Assembly (NCBI GenBank): GCA_964247055.1
Contig: OZ176058.1
Coordinates: forward strand, 3,968,001 to 4,032,000
Reading direction: 5' to 3'
Length of the DNA: 64,000 nucleotides
From: Paragordius varius
Lineage: Eukaryota > Animalia > Nematomorpha
Position numbers and translations under genes: made by a program. Below are positions 42,201 through 57,050 of this stretch, piece after piece. Position 1 is the first letter of the stretch. The number at the start of each line of letters is the position of its first letter. The notes under the pieces are model-generated. The model did no database searches, had not been told where the DNA came from, and saw nothing but the letters and a program-made list of their open reading frames with translations.

Positions 42201-45200
42201 AACAATAAAATAATTTTTTTAACAATCAAAATATGTTGCCCAAGAGCTTTTTAGTATTTCCAACAATCAAATAATTTTTCCAACAATCAAATTATGTTGT
42301 CTTTTAACTTATTAGTGTTTCCAACAATCAAACATATATTTTCAACAATCAAATAATTTTTCCAACAATCAAAATATGTTGCCCAATAGCTTTTTAGTAT
42401 TTCCAACAATCAAACATATATTTTCAACAATCAAATAATTTTTCCAACAATCAAAATATGTTTTCTTTTACCTTTTTAGTGTTTCCAACAATCAAACATA
42501 TATTTTCAACAATCAAATAATTTTTCCAACAATCAAAATATGTTGCCCAATAGCTTTTTAGTATTTCCAACAATCAAACATATATTTTCAACGATCAAAT
42601 AATTTTTCCAACAATCAAAATATGTTTTCTTTTAACTTTTTAGTGTTTCCAACAATCAAACATATATTTTCAACAATCAAATAATTATTTTAACAATCAA
42701 AATATGTTGCCCAATAGCTTTTTAGTATTTCCAACAATCAATTAATTTTTCCAACAATCAAAATATGTTTTCTTTTAACTTTTTAGTGTTTCCAACAATC
42801 AAACATATTTTTTCGACAATCAAATAATTTTTCAAACAATCATAATATGTTGCCCAACAGCTTTTTAGTTTTCCAACAATCAAACATATATTTTCAACAA
42901 TCATATAATTTATTCAACAATCAAATTATGTTGTCTTTTAACTATTTATTGTTTCCAACAATCAAACATATATTATCAACAATCAAATAATTTTAACAAT
43001 CAAAATATGTTTCTTTTAACTTTTTAGTGTTTCCAACAATCAAAAATATATTTTCAACAATCAAATAATTTTTTTAACAATCAAAATATGTTGCCCAATA
43101 GCTTTTTAATATTTCCAACAATCAAATAATTTTTCCAACAATCAAAATATGTTTTCTTTTAACTTTTTAATGTTTCCAACAATCAAACATATATTTTCAA
43201 CAATCAAATAATTTTTCCAACAATCAAAATATGTTGCCCAATAGTTTTTTAGTGTTTCCAAAAATTAAATAATTTTTTCAACAATCAAATTATGTTGTCT
43301 TTTAACTTTTTAGTGTTTCCAACAATCAAACATATATTTTCAACAATCAAACATATTTTTTCGACAATCAAATAATTTTTCAAACAATCATAATATGTTG
43401 CCCAACAGCTTTTTAGTTTTCCAACAATCAAACATATATTTTCAACAATCATATAATTTATTCAACAATCAAATTATGTTGTCTTTTAACTATTTATTGT
43501 TTCCAACAATCAAACATATATTATCAACAATCAAATAATTTTAACAATCAAAATATGTTTTCTTTTAACATTTTAGTGTTTCCAACAATGAATCATATAT
43601 TTTTAACAATCATATAATTTATTCAACAATCAAATTATGTTTTCTTTTAACTTTTTAGTGTTTCCAACAATCAATCATATATTTTTAACAATCAAATAAT
43701 TTTTTTAACAATCAAAATATGTTGACCAATAGCTTTTTAGTATTTCCAACATTCAAACATATATTTTCAACAATCAAATAATTTTTCCAACAATAATATG
43801 TTTTCTTTTAACTTTTTAGTGTTTCCAACAATCAAACATATATTTTCAACAATCAAATAATTTTCCAACAATAAATATGTTGCCCAATAGTTTTTTAGTG
43901 TTTCCAACAATTAAATAATTTTTTCAATAATCAAATTATGTTGTCTTTTATCATTTTAGTGTTTCCAACATTCAAACATATATTTTCAACAAACAAATAT
44001 TTTTTCCAACAATCAAAATATGTTGCCCAATCGCTTTTTAGTATTTCCAACAATCAAACATATATTTTCAACAATCAAATAATTTTTCCAACAATCAAAA
44101 TATGTTTTCTTTTAACTTTTTAGTGTTTCCAACAATCAAACATATATTTTCAACAATAAAATAATTTTTTTAACAATCAAAATATGTTGCCCAATAGCTT
44201 TTTAGTATTTCCAACAATCAAATAATTTTTCCAACAATCAAATTATGTTGTCTTTTAACTTATTAGTGTTTCCAACAATCAAACATATATTTTCAACAAT
44301 CAAATAATTTTTCCAACAATCAAAATATGTTGCCCAATAGCTTTTTAGTATTTCCAAAAATCAAACATATATTTTCAACAATCAAATATTTTTTCCAACA
44401 ATCAAAATATGTTGCCCAATCGCTTTTTAGTATTTCCAACAATCAAACATATATTTTCAATAATCAAATAATTTTTCCAACAATCAAATTATGTTTTCTT
44501 TTAACTTTTTAGTGTTTCCAACAATCAAACATATATTTTCAACAATAAAATAATTTTTTTAACAATCAAAATATGTTGCCCAATAGCTTTTTAGTATTTC
44601 CAACAATCAAATAATTTTTCCAACAATCAAATTATGTTGTCTTTTAACTTATTAGTGTTTCCAACAATCAAACATATATTTTCAACAATCAAATAATTTT
44701 TCCAACAATCAAAATATGTTGCCCAATAGCTTTTTAGTATTTCCAACAATCAAACATATATTTTCAACAATCAAATAATTTTTCCAACAATCAAAATATG
44801 TTTTCTTTTAACTTTTTAGTGTTTCCAACAATCAAACATATATTTTCAACAATAAAATAATTTTTTTAACAATCAAAATATGTTGCCCAATAGCTTTTTA
44901 GTATTTCCAACAATCAAATAATTTTTCCAACAATCAAATTATGTTGTCTTTTAACTTATTAGTGTTTCCAACAATCAAACATATATTTTCAACAATCAAA
45001 TAATTTTTCCAACAATCAAAATATGTTGCCCAATAGCTTTTTAGTATTTCCAACAATCAAACATATATTTTCAACAATCAAATAATTTTTCCAACAATCA
45101 AAATATGTTTTTTTTTACCTTTTTAGTGTTTCCAACAATCAAACATATATTTTCAACAATCAAAATATGTTGCCCAATAGCTTTTTAGTATTTCCAACAA

Positions 45201-48200
45201 TCAAACATATATTTTCAACGATCAAATAATTTTTCCAACAATCAAAATATGTTTTCTTTTAACTTTTTAGTGTTTCCAACAATCAAACATATATTTTCAA
45301 CAATAAAATAATTTTTTTAACAATCAAAATATGTTGCCCAATAGCTTTTTAGTATTTCCAACAATTAAATAATTTTTCAACAATCAAATTATGTTGTCTT
45401 TTATCATTTTAGTGTTTCCAACATTCAAACATATATTTTCAACAAACAAATATTTTTTCCAACAATCAAAATATGTTGCCCAATAGCTTTTTAGTATTTC
45501 CAACAATCAAACATATATTTTCAATAATCAAATAATTTTTCCAACAATCAAATTATGTTGTCTTTTAACTTTTTACTGTTTCCAACAATCAAACATATAT
45601 TTTCAACAATCAAATAATTTTTCCAACAATCAAAATATGTTGCCCAATAGCTTTTTAGTATTTCCAAAAATCAAACATATATTTTCAACAATCAAATAAT
45701 TTTTCCAACAATCAAAATATGTTTTCTTTTAACTTTTTAGTGTTTCCAACAATCAAACATATATTTTCAACAATAAAATAATTTTTTTAACAATCAAAAT
45801 ATGTTGCCCAAGAGCTTTTTAGTATTTCCAACAATCAAATAATTTTTCCAACAATCAAATTATGTTGTCTTTTATATTAGTGTTTCCAACAATCAAACAT
45901 ATATTTTCAACAATCAAATAATTTTTCCAACAATCAAAATATGTTGCCCAATAGCTTTTTAGTATTTCCAACAATCAAACATATATTTTCAACAATCAAA
46001 TAATTTTTCCAACAATCAAAATATGTTTTCTTTTACCTTTTTAGTGTTTCCAACAATCAAACATATATTTTCAACAATCAAATAATTTTTCCAACAATCA
46101 AAATATGTTGCCCAATAGCTTTTTAGTATTTCCAACAATCAAACATATATTTTCAACGATCAAATAATTTTTCCAACAATCAAAATATGTTTTCTTTTAA
46201 CTTTTTAGTGTTTCCAACAATCAAACATATATTTTCAACAATCAAATAATTATTTTAACAATCAAAATATGTTGCCCAATAGCTTTTTAGTATTTCCAAC
46301 AATCAATTAATTTTTCCAACAATCAAAATATGTTTTCTTTTAACTTTTTAGTGTTTCCAACAATCAAACATATTTTTTCGACATTAAAATACATTTTCAA
46401 ACAATCATAATATGTTGCCCAACAGCTTTTTAGTTTTCCAACAATCAAACATATATTTTCAACAATCATATAATTTATTCAACAATCAAATTATGTTGTC
46501 TTTTAACTATTTATTGTTTCCAACAATCAAACATATATTATCAACAATCAAATAATTTTAACAATCAAAATATGTTTCTTTTAACTTTTTAGTGTTTCCA
46601 ACAATCAAAAATATATTTTCAACAATCAAATAATTTTTTTAACAATCAAAATATGTTGCCCAATAGCTTTTTAATATTTCCAACAATCAAATAATTTTTC
46701 CAACAATCAAAATATGTTTTCTTTTAACTTTTTAATGTTTCCAACAATCAAACATATATTTTCAACAATCAAATAATTTTTCCAACAATCAAAATATGTT
46801 GCCCAATAGTTTTTTAGTGTTTCCAAAAATTAAATAATTTTTTCAACAATCAAATTATGTTGTCTTTTAACTTTTTAGTGTTTCCAACAATCAAACATAT
46901 ATTTTCAACAATCAAACATATTTTTTCGACAATCAAATAATTTTTCAAACAATCATAATATGTTGCCCAACAGCTTTTTAGTTTTCCAACAATCAAACTT
47001 ATATTTTCAACAATCATATAATTTATTCAACAATCAAATTATGTTGTCTTTTAACTATTTATTGTTTCCAACAATCAAACATATATTATCAACAATCAAA
47101 TAATTTTAACAATCAAAATATGTTTTCTTTTAACATTTTAGTGTTTCCAACAATGAATCATATATTTTTAACAATCATATAATTTATTCAACAATGAAAT
47201 TATGTTTTCTTTTAACTTTTTAGTGTTTCCAACAATCAATCATATATTTTTAACAATCAAATAATTTTTTTAACAATCAAAATATGTTGACCAATAGCTT
47301 TTTAGTATTTCCAACAATCAAATAATTTTTCCAACAATCAAAATATGTTTTGTTTTAACTTTTTAGTGTTTCCAACAATCAAACATATATTTTCAACAAT
47401 CAAATAATTTTCCAACAATAAATATGTTGCCCAATAGTTTTTTAGTGTTTCCAACAATTAAATAATTTTTTCAATAATCAAATTATGTTGTCTTTTATCA
47501 TTTTAGTGTTTCCAACATTCAAACATATATTTTCAACAAACAAATATTTTTTCCAACAATCAAAATATGTTGCCCAATCGCTTTTTAGTATTTCCAACAA
47601 TCAAACATATATTTTCAATAATCAAATAATTTTTCCAACAATCAAATTATGTTGTCTTTTAACTTTTTACTGTTTCCAACAATCAAACATATATTTTCAA
47701 CAATCAAATAATTTTTCCAACAATCAAAATATGTTGCCCAATAGCTTTTTAGTATTTCCAAAAATCAAACATATATTTTCAACAATCAAATAATTTTTCC
47801 AACAATCAAAATATGTTTTCTTTTAACTTTTTAGTGTTTCCAACAATCAAACATATATTATCAACAATAAAATAATTTTTTTAACAATCAAAATATGTTG
47901 CCCAATAGCTTTTTAGTATTTCCAACAATCAAATAATTTTTCCAACAATCAAATTATGTTGTCTTTTAACTTATTAGTGTTTCCAACAATCAAACATATA
48001 TTTTCAACAATCAAATAATTTTTCCAACAATCAAAATATGTTGCCCAATAGCTTTTTAGTATTTCCAACAATCAAACATATATTTTCAACAATCAAATAA
48101 TTTTTCCAACAATCAAAATATGTTTTTTTTTACCTTTTTAGTGTTTCCAACAATCAAACATATATTTTCAACAATCAAAATATGTTGCCCAATAGCTTTT

Positions 48201-51200
48201 TAGTATTTCCAACAATCAAACATATATTTTCAACGATCAAATAATTTTTCCAACAATCAAAATATGTTGCCCAATTTTTTAGTATTTCCAACAATCAAAC
48301 ATATATTTTCAACAATCAAATAATTTTTCCAGCAATCAAAATATGTTGCTCAATACCTTTTAATATTTCCAACAATCAAAGATATATTTGCACAATCAAA
48401 TATTTTACAACAATTAAATGGTTTTATTTTTTTAGTGTTTCCAACAATCAAACATATATTTTCAACAATCCAATAATTTTTCCAACAATCAAATTATGTT
48501 GTCTTTTAACTTTTTAGTGTTTCCAACAATCAATCATACATTTTCGACAATCAAATAATTTCTCCAACAATCAAAATATGTTACCCAATAGTTTTTTAGT
48601 TTTTCCAACAATTTAATAATTTTTTCAACAATCAAATTATGTTGTCTTTTAACTTTTTAGTGTTTCCAACAATCAAACATATATTTTCAACAATCAAATA
48701 ATTTTGCAACAATCAATGTTGCCCAATAGCTTTTTAGTATTTCCAACAATCAAAGATATATTTTCAACAATCAAATAATTTTTCCAACAATCAAAATATG
48801 TTTTCTTTTAACTTTTTAGTGTTTCCAACAATCAAACATATATTTTCAACAATAAAATAATTTTTTTAACAATCAAAATATGTAATAGCTTTTTAGTATT
48901 TCCAACAATTAAATAATTTTTCAACAATCAAATTATGTTGTCTTTTATCATTTTAGTGTTTCCAACATTCAAACATATATTTTCAACAAACAAATATTTT
49001 TTCCAACAATCAAAATATGTTGCCCAATCGCTTTTTAGTATTTCCAACAATCAAACATATATTTTCAATAATCAAATAATTTTTCCAACAATCAAATTAT
49101 GTTGTCTTTTAACTTTTTACTGTTTCCAACAATCAAACATATATTTTCAACAATCAAATAATTTTTCCAACAATCAAAATATGTTGCCCAATAGCTTTTT
49201 AGTATTTCCAAAAATCAAACATATATTTTCAACAATCAAATAATTTTTCCAACAATCAAAATATGTTTTCTTTTAACTTTTTAGTGTTTCCAACAATCAA
49301 ACATATATTTTCAACAATAAAATAATTTTTTTAACAATCAAAATATGTTGCCCAATAGCTTTTTAGTATTTCCAACAATCAAATAATTTTTCCAACAATC
49401 AAATTATGTTGTCTTTTAACTTATTAGTGTTTCCAACAATCAAACATATATTTTCAACAATCAAATAATTTTTCCAACAATCAAAATATGTTGCCCAATA
49501 GCTTTTTAGTATTTCCAACAATCAAACATATATTTTCAACAATCAAATAATTTTTCCAACAATCAAAATATGTTTTTTTTTACCTTTTTAGTGTTTCCAA
49601 CAATCAAATATATATTTTCAACAATCAAAATATGTTGCCCAATAGCTTTTTAGTATTTCCAACAATCAAACATATATTTTCAACGATCAAATAATTTTTC
49701 CAACAATCAAAATATGTTTTCTTTTAACTTTTTAGTGTTTCCAACAATCAAACATATATTTTCAACAATCAAATAATTATTTTAACAATCAAAATATGTT
49801 GCCCAATAGCTTTTTAGTATTTCCAACAATCAATTAATTTTTCCAACAATCAAAATATGTTTTCTTTTAACTTTTTAGTGTTTCCAACAATCAAACATAT
49901 ATTTTCAACAATCAAATAATTTTTACAACAATCAAAATATGTTGCCCAATAGTTTTTTAGTGTTTCCAACAATCAAATAATTTTTCCAACAATCAAATTA
50001 TGTTGTCTTTTAACTTTTTAGTGTTTCCAACAATGAAACATATATTTTCAACAATCAAACATATTTTTTCGACAATCAAATAATTTATCAAACAATCATA
50101 ATATGTTGCCTAACAGCTTTTTAATCTTTCCAACAATCAAGCATATATTTTCAACAATCATATAATTTATTCAACAAACAAATTATGTTGTCTTTTAACT
50201 ATTTATTGTTTCCAACAATCAAACATATATTTTCAACAATCAAATTATGTTGTATTTAACTTTTTAGTGTTTCCAACAATCAATCATACATTTTCGACAA
50301 TCAAATAATTTCTCCAACAATCAAAATATGTTGCCCAATAGTTTTTTAGTGTTTCTAACAATTAAATAATTTTTTCAACAATCAAATTATGTTGTCTTTT
50401 AACTTTTTAGTGTTTTCAACAATCAAACATATATTTTCAACAATCAAATAATTTTCCAACAATAAATATGTTGCCCAATAGTTTTTTAGTGTTTCCAACA
50501 ATTAAATAATTTTTTCAACAATCAAATTATGTTGTCTTTTAACTTTTTAGTGTTTCCAACAATCAAACATATATTTTCAACAATCAAATAATTTTTCCAA
50601 CAATCAAAATATGTTGCCCAATAGCTTTTTAGTATTTCCAACAATCAAACATATATTTTCAATAATCAAATAATTTTTCCAACAATCAAATTATGTTGTC
50701 TTTTAACTTTTTAGTGTTTCCAACAATCAATCATATATTTTAACATTCAAATTAATTTCTCCAACAATCAAAATATGATGCCCAATAGCTTTTTAGTGTT
50801 TCCGATTTCCAACAATCAAAATTTGATTTCTTTTAACTTTTTAGTGTTTCCAACAATCAAACATATATTTTCAACAATCAAATAATTTTTCCAACAATCA
50901 AATTATGTTGTCTTTTAACTTTTTAGTGTTTCCAACAATCAATCATACATTTTCGACAATCAAATAATTTCTCCAACAATCAAAATATGTTGCCCAATAG
51001 TTTTTTAGTTTTTCCAACAATTAAATAATTTTTTCAACAATCAAATTATGTTGTCTTTTAACTTTTTAGTGTTTCCAACAATCAAACATATATTTTCAAC
51101 AATCAAATAATTTTGCAACAATCAATGTTGCCCAATAGCTTTTTAGTATTTCCAACAATCAAAGATATATTTTCAACAATCAAATAATTTTTCCAACAAT

Positions 51201-51260
51201 CAAAATATGTTTTCTTTTAACTTTTTAGTGTTTCCAACAATCAAACATATATTTTCAACA
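38880..51260 (+). repeat. Dispersed duplication of a ~2.8-kb block at 9.36-9.53 kb offset (about 38880-41720 and 48250-51260)
   Basis: gcccaatttttt 38902/48269, ccagcaatc 38962/48329 and gctcaatacc 38981/48348 (9367); ORFs 39573/48935 (9362); ccgat 41276/50802 (9526, after two extra monomer equivalents). Confidence 0.8.
41700..47480 (+). repeat. Duplicated ~2.2-kb block at ~3.57 kb offset (about 41700-43950 and 45280-47480)
   Basis: acattcaaac 41853/45421, ccaagagc about 42240/45809, and atatgtttcttttaac about 43009/46574. Confidence 0.8.
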
Positions 51261-54200
51261 ATAAAATAATTTTTTTAACAATCAAAATATGTTGCCCAAT
51301 AGCTTTTTAGTATTTCCAACAATCAAATAATTTTTCCAACAATCAAATTATGTTGTCTTTTAACTTATTAGTGTTTCCAACAATCAAACATATATTTTCA
51401 ACAATCAAATAATTTTTCCAACAATCAAAATATGTTGCCCAATAGCTTTTTAGTATTTCCAACAATCAAACATATATTTTCAACAATCAAATAATTTTTC
51501 CAACAATCAAAATATGTTTTTTTTTACCTTTTTAGTGTTTCCAACAATCAAATATATATTTTCAACAATCAAAATATGTTGCCCAATAGCTTTTTAGTAT
51601 TTCCAACAATCAAACATATATTTTCAACGATCAAATAATTTTTCCAACAATCAAAATATGTTTTCTTTTAACTTTTTAGTGTTTCCAACAATCAAACATA
51701 TATTTTCAACAATCAAATAATTATTTTAACAATCAAAATATGTTGCCCAATAGCTTTTTAGTATTTCCAACAATCAATTAATTTTTCCAACAATCAAAAT
51801 ATGTTTTCTTTTAACTTTTTAGTGTTTCCAACAATCAAACATATATTTTCAACAATCAAATAATTTTTACAACAATCAAAATATGTTGCCCAATAGTTTT
51901 TTAGTGTTTCCAACAATCAAATAATTTTTCCAACAATCAAATTATGTTGTCTTTTAACTTTTTAGTGTTTCCAACAATGAAACATATTTTCAACAATCAA
52001 ACATATTTTTTCGACAATCAAATAATTTATCAAACAATCATAATATGTTGCCTAACAGCTTTTTAATCTTTCCAACAATCAAGCATATATTTTCAACAAT
52101 CATATAATTTATTCAACAAACAAATTATGTTGTCTTTTAACTATTTATTGTTTCCAACAATCAAACATATATTTTCAACAATCAAATTATGTTGTATTTA
52201 ACTTTTTAGTGTTTCCAACAATCAAACATATATTTTCAACAATCAAATAATTTTTACAACAATCAAAATATGTTGCCCAATAGTTTTTTAGTGTTTCCAA
52301 CAATCAAATAATTTCTCCAACAATCAAAATATGTTGCCCAATAGTTTTTTAGTGTTTCTAACAATTAAATAATTTTTTCAACAATCAAATTATGTTGTCT
52401 TTTAACTTTTTAGTGTTTTCAACAATCAAACATATATTTTCAACAATCAAATAATTTTCCAACAATAAATATGTTGCCCAATAGTTTTTTAGTGTTTCCA
52501 ACAATTAAATAATTTTTTCAACAATCAAATTATGTTGTCTTTTAACTTTTTAGTGTTTCCAACAATCAAACATATATTTTCAACAATCAAATAATTTTTC
52601 CAACAATCAAAATATGTTGCCCAATAGCTTTTTAGTATTTCCAACAATCAAACATATATTTTCAATAATCAAATAATTTTTCCAACAATCAAATTATGTT
52701 GTCTTTTAACTTTTTAGTGTTTCCAACAATCAATCATATATTTTAACATTCAAATTAATTTCTCCAACAATCAAAATATGATGCCCAATAGCTTTTTAGT
52801 GTTTCCGATTTCCAACAATCAAAATTTGATTTCTTTTAACTTTTTAGTGTTTCCAACAATCAAACATATATTTTCAACAATCAAATAATTTTTCCAACAA
52901 TCAAATTATGTTGTCTTTTAACTTTTTAGTGTTTCCAACAATCAATCATACATTTTCGACAATCAAATAATTTCTCCAACAATCAAAATATGTTGCCCAA
53001 TAGTTTTTTAGTTTTTCCAACAATTAAATAATTTTTTCAACAATCAAATTATGTTGTCTTTTAACTTTTTAGTGTTTCCAACAATCAAACATATATTTTC
53101 AACAATCAAATAATTTTGCAACAATCAATGTTGCCCAATAGCTTTTTAGTATTTCCAACAATCAAAGATATATTTTCAACAATCAAATAATTTTTCCAAC
53201 AATCAAAATATGTTTTCTTTTAACTTTTTAGTGTTTCCAACAATCAAACATATATTTTCAACAATAAAATAATTTTTTTAACAATCAAAATATGTTGCCC
53301 AATAGCTTTTTAGTATTTCCAACAATTAAATAATTTTTCAACAATCAAATTATGTTGTCTTTTATCATTTTAGTGTTTCCAACATTCAAACATATATTTT
53401 CAACAAACAAATATTTTTTCCAACAATCAAAATATGTTGCCCAATAGCTTTTTAGTATTTCCAACAATCAAACATATATTTTCAATAATCAAATAATTTT
53501 TCCAACAATCAAATTATGTTGTCTTTTAACTTTTTACTGTTTCCAACAATCAAACATATATTTTCAACAATCAAATAATTTTTCCAACAATCAAAATATG
53601 TTGCCCAATAGCTTTTTAGTATTTCCAAAAATCAAACATATATTTTCAACAATCAAATAATTTTTCCAACAATCAAAATATGTTTTCTTTTAACTTTTTA
53701 GTGTTTCCAACAATCAAACATATATTTTCAACAATAAAATAATTTTTTTAACAATCAAAATATGTTGCCCAAGAGCTTTTTAGTATTTCCAACAATCAAA
53801 TAATTTTTCCAACAATCAAATTATGTTGTCTTTTAACTTATTAGTGTTTCCAACAATCAAACATATATTTTCAACAATCAAATAATTTTTCCAACAATCA
53901 AAATATGTTGCCCAATAGCTTTTTAGTATTTCCAACAATCAAACATATATTTTCAACAATCAAATAATTTTTCCAACAATGAAAATATGTTTTCTTTTAC
54001 CTTTTTAGTGTTTCCAACAATCAAACATATATTTTCAACAATCAAATAATTTTTCCAACAATCAAAATATGTTGCCCAATAGCTTTTTAGTATTTCCAAC
54101 AATCAAACATATATTTTCAACGATCAAATAATTTTTCCAACAATCAAAATATGTTTTCTTTTAACTTTTTAGTGTTTCCAACAATCAAACATATATTTTC

Positions 54201-55450
54201 AACAATCAAATAATTATTTTAACAATCAAAATATGTTGCCCAATAGCTTTTTAGTATTTCCAACAATCAATTAATTTTACCAACAATCAAAATATGTTTT
54301 CTTTTAACTTTTTAGTGTTTCCAACAATCAAACATATATTTTCAACAATCAAATAATTTTTACAACAATCAAAATATGTTGCCCAATAGTTTTTTAGTGT
54401 TTCCAACAATTAAATAATTTTTTCAACAATCAAATTATGTTGTCTTTTAACTTTTTAGTGTTTCCAACAATGAAACATATATTTTCAACAATCAAACATA
54501 TTTTTTCGACAATCAAATAATTTATCAAACAATCATAATATGTTGCCTAACAGCTTTTTAATCTTTCCAACAATCAAGCATATATTTTCAACAATCATAT
54601 AATTTATTCAACAATCAAATTATGTTGTCTTTTAACTATTTATTGTTTCCAACAATCAAACATATATTTTCAACAATCAAATTATGTTGTATTTAACTTT
54701 TTAGTGTTTCCAACAATCAATCATACATTTTCGACAATCAAATAATTTCTCCAACAATCAAAATATGTTGCCCAATAGTTTTTTAGTGTTTCTAACAATT
54801 AAATAATTTTTTCAACAATCAAATTATGTTGTCTTTTAACTTTATAGTGTTTTCAACAATCAAACATATATTTTCAACAATCAAATAATTTTCCAACAAT
54901 AAATATGTTGCTTAATAGTTTTTTAGTGTTTCCAACAATTAAATAATTTTTTCAACAATCAAATTATGTTGTCTTTTAACTTTTTAGTGTTTCCAACAAT
55001 CAAACATATATTTTCAACAATCAAATAATTTTTCCAACAATCAAAATATGTTGCCCAATAGCTTTTTAGTATTTCCAACAATCAAACATATATTTTCAAT
55101 AATCAAATAATTTTTCCAACAATCAAATTATGTTGTCTTTTAACTTTTTAGTGTTTCCAACAATCAATCATATATTTTAACATTCAAATTAATTTCTCCA
55201 ACAATCAAAATATGATGCCCAATAGCTTTTTAGTGTTTCCGATTTCCAACAATCAAAATTTGATTTCTTTTAACTTTTTAGTGTTTCCAACAATCAAACA
55301 TATATTTTCAACAATCAAATAATTTTTCCAACAATCAAATTATGTTGTCTTTTAACTTTTTAGTGTTTCCAACAATCAATCATACATTTTCGACAATCAA
55401 ATAATTTCTCCAACAATCAAAATATGTTGCCCAATAGTTTTTTAGTGTTT
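49320..55450 (+). repeat. Three related ~2.0-2.4 kb higher-order units
   Basis: ccgatttcc at 50802, 52805 and 55239 (steps of 2003 and 2434). tacctttt 49581/51525 with the private caaatatatattttc variant is in the first two copies. The order of diagnostic monomers is the same in each. Confidence 0.8.
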
Positions 55451-57050
55451 CCAACAATTAAATAATTTTTTCAACAATCAAATTATGTTGTCTTTTAACT
55501 TTTTAGTGTTTTCAACAATCAAACATATATTTTTAACAATCAAATAATTTCTCCAACAATCAAAATATGTTGCCCAATAGTTTTTTAGTGTTTCCAACAA
55601 TTAAATAATTTTTTCAACAATCAAATTATGTTGTCTTTTAACTTTTTAGTGTTTTCAACAATCAAACATATATTTTCAACAATCAAATAATTTTCCAACA
55701 ATAAATATGTTGCCCAATAGTTTTTTAGTGTTTCCAACAATTAAATAATTTTTTCAACAATCAAATTATGTTGCCTTTTAACTTTTTAGTGTTTCCAACA
55801 ATCAAACATATATTTTGAACAATCAAATAATTTATCCAACAATCAAAATATGTTGCCCATTAGTATTTCCAACAATCAAACATATATTTTCAACAATCAA
55901 ATCATTTTTCCAACAATCAAATTATGTTGAATAGCTTTTAGTGTTTCCAACAATCAAACATATATTTTCAAAATCAAATATTTTGCAACAATTAAATTAT
56001 GTTTTTTAACTTTTTAGTGTTTCCAACAATCAAACATATCTTTTCAATAATCAAATAATTTTTCCAACAATCAAATTATGTTGTCTTTTAACTTTTTAGT
56101 GTTTCCAACAATCAAACATATATTTTCAACAATCAAATAATTTTTCCAACAATCAAAATATGTTGCCCAATAGCTTTTTAGTATTTCCAACAATCAAACA
56201 TATATTTTCAACGATCCAATAATTTTTCCAACAATCAAAATATGTTTTCTTTTAACTTTTTAGTGTTTCCAACAATCAAACATATATTTTCAACAATCAA
56301 ATAATTATTTTAACAATCAAAATATGTTGCCCAATAGCTTTTTAGTATTTCCAACAATCAAATAATTTTTCCAACAATCAAAATATGTTTTCTTTTAACT
56401 TTTTAGTGTTTCCAACAATCAAACATATATTTTCAACAATCAAATAATTTTTACAACAATCAAAATATGTTGCCCAATAGTCTTTTAGTGTTTCCAACAA
56501 TTAAATAATTTTTTCAACAATCAAATTATGTTGTCTTTTAACTTTTTAGTGTTTCCAACAATGAAACATATATTTTCAACAATCAAACATATTTTTTCGA
56601 CAATCAAATAATTTTTCAAACAATCATAATATGTTGCCTAACAGCTTTTTAATCTTTCCAACAATCAAGCATATATTTTCAACAATCATATAATTTATTC
56701 AACAATCAAATTATGTTGTCTTTTAACTATTTATTGTTTCCAACAATCAAACATATATTTTCAACAATCAAATAATTTTAACAATCAAAATATGTTTTCT
56801 TTTAACTTTTTAGTGTTTCCAACAAGTAATCATATATTTTCAACAATCATATTTATTCAACAATCAAATTTTGTTTTCTTTTAACTTTTTAGTGTTTCCA
56901 ACAATCAATCATATATTTTTAACAATCAAATAATTTTTTTAACAATCAAAATATGTTGACCAATGGCTTTTTAGTATTTCCAACAATCAAATAATTTTTC
57001 CAACAATCAAAATATGTTTTCTTTTATCATTTTAGTGTTTCCAACAATCA
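55300..57050 (+). repeat. Long-range copy of about 27400-29100 (offset ~27.94 kb)
   Basis: Rare variants gttgcctttt 27821/55770, aaatcattttt...gttgaatagc 27985/55926, catatcttttcaataat about 28094/56035, and aagtaatcat about 28880/56824. Confidence 0.85.
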
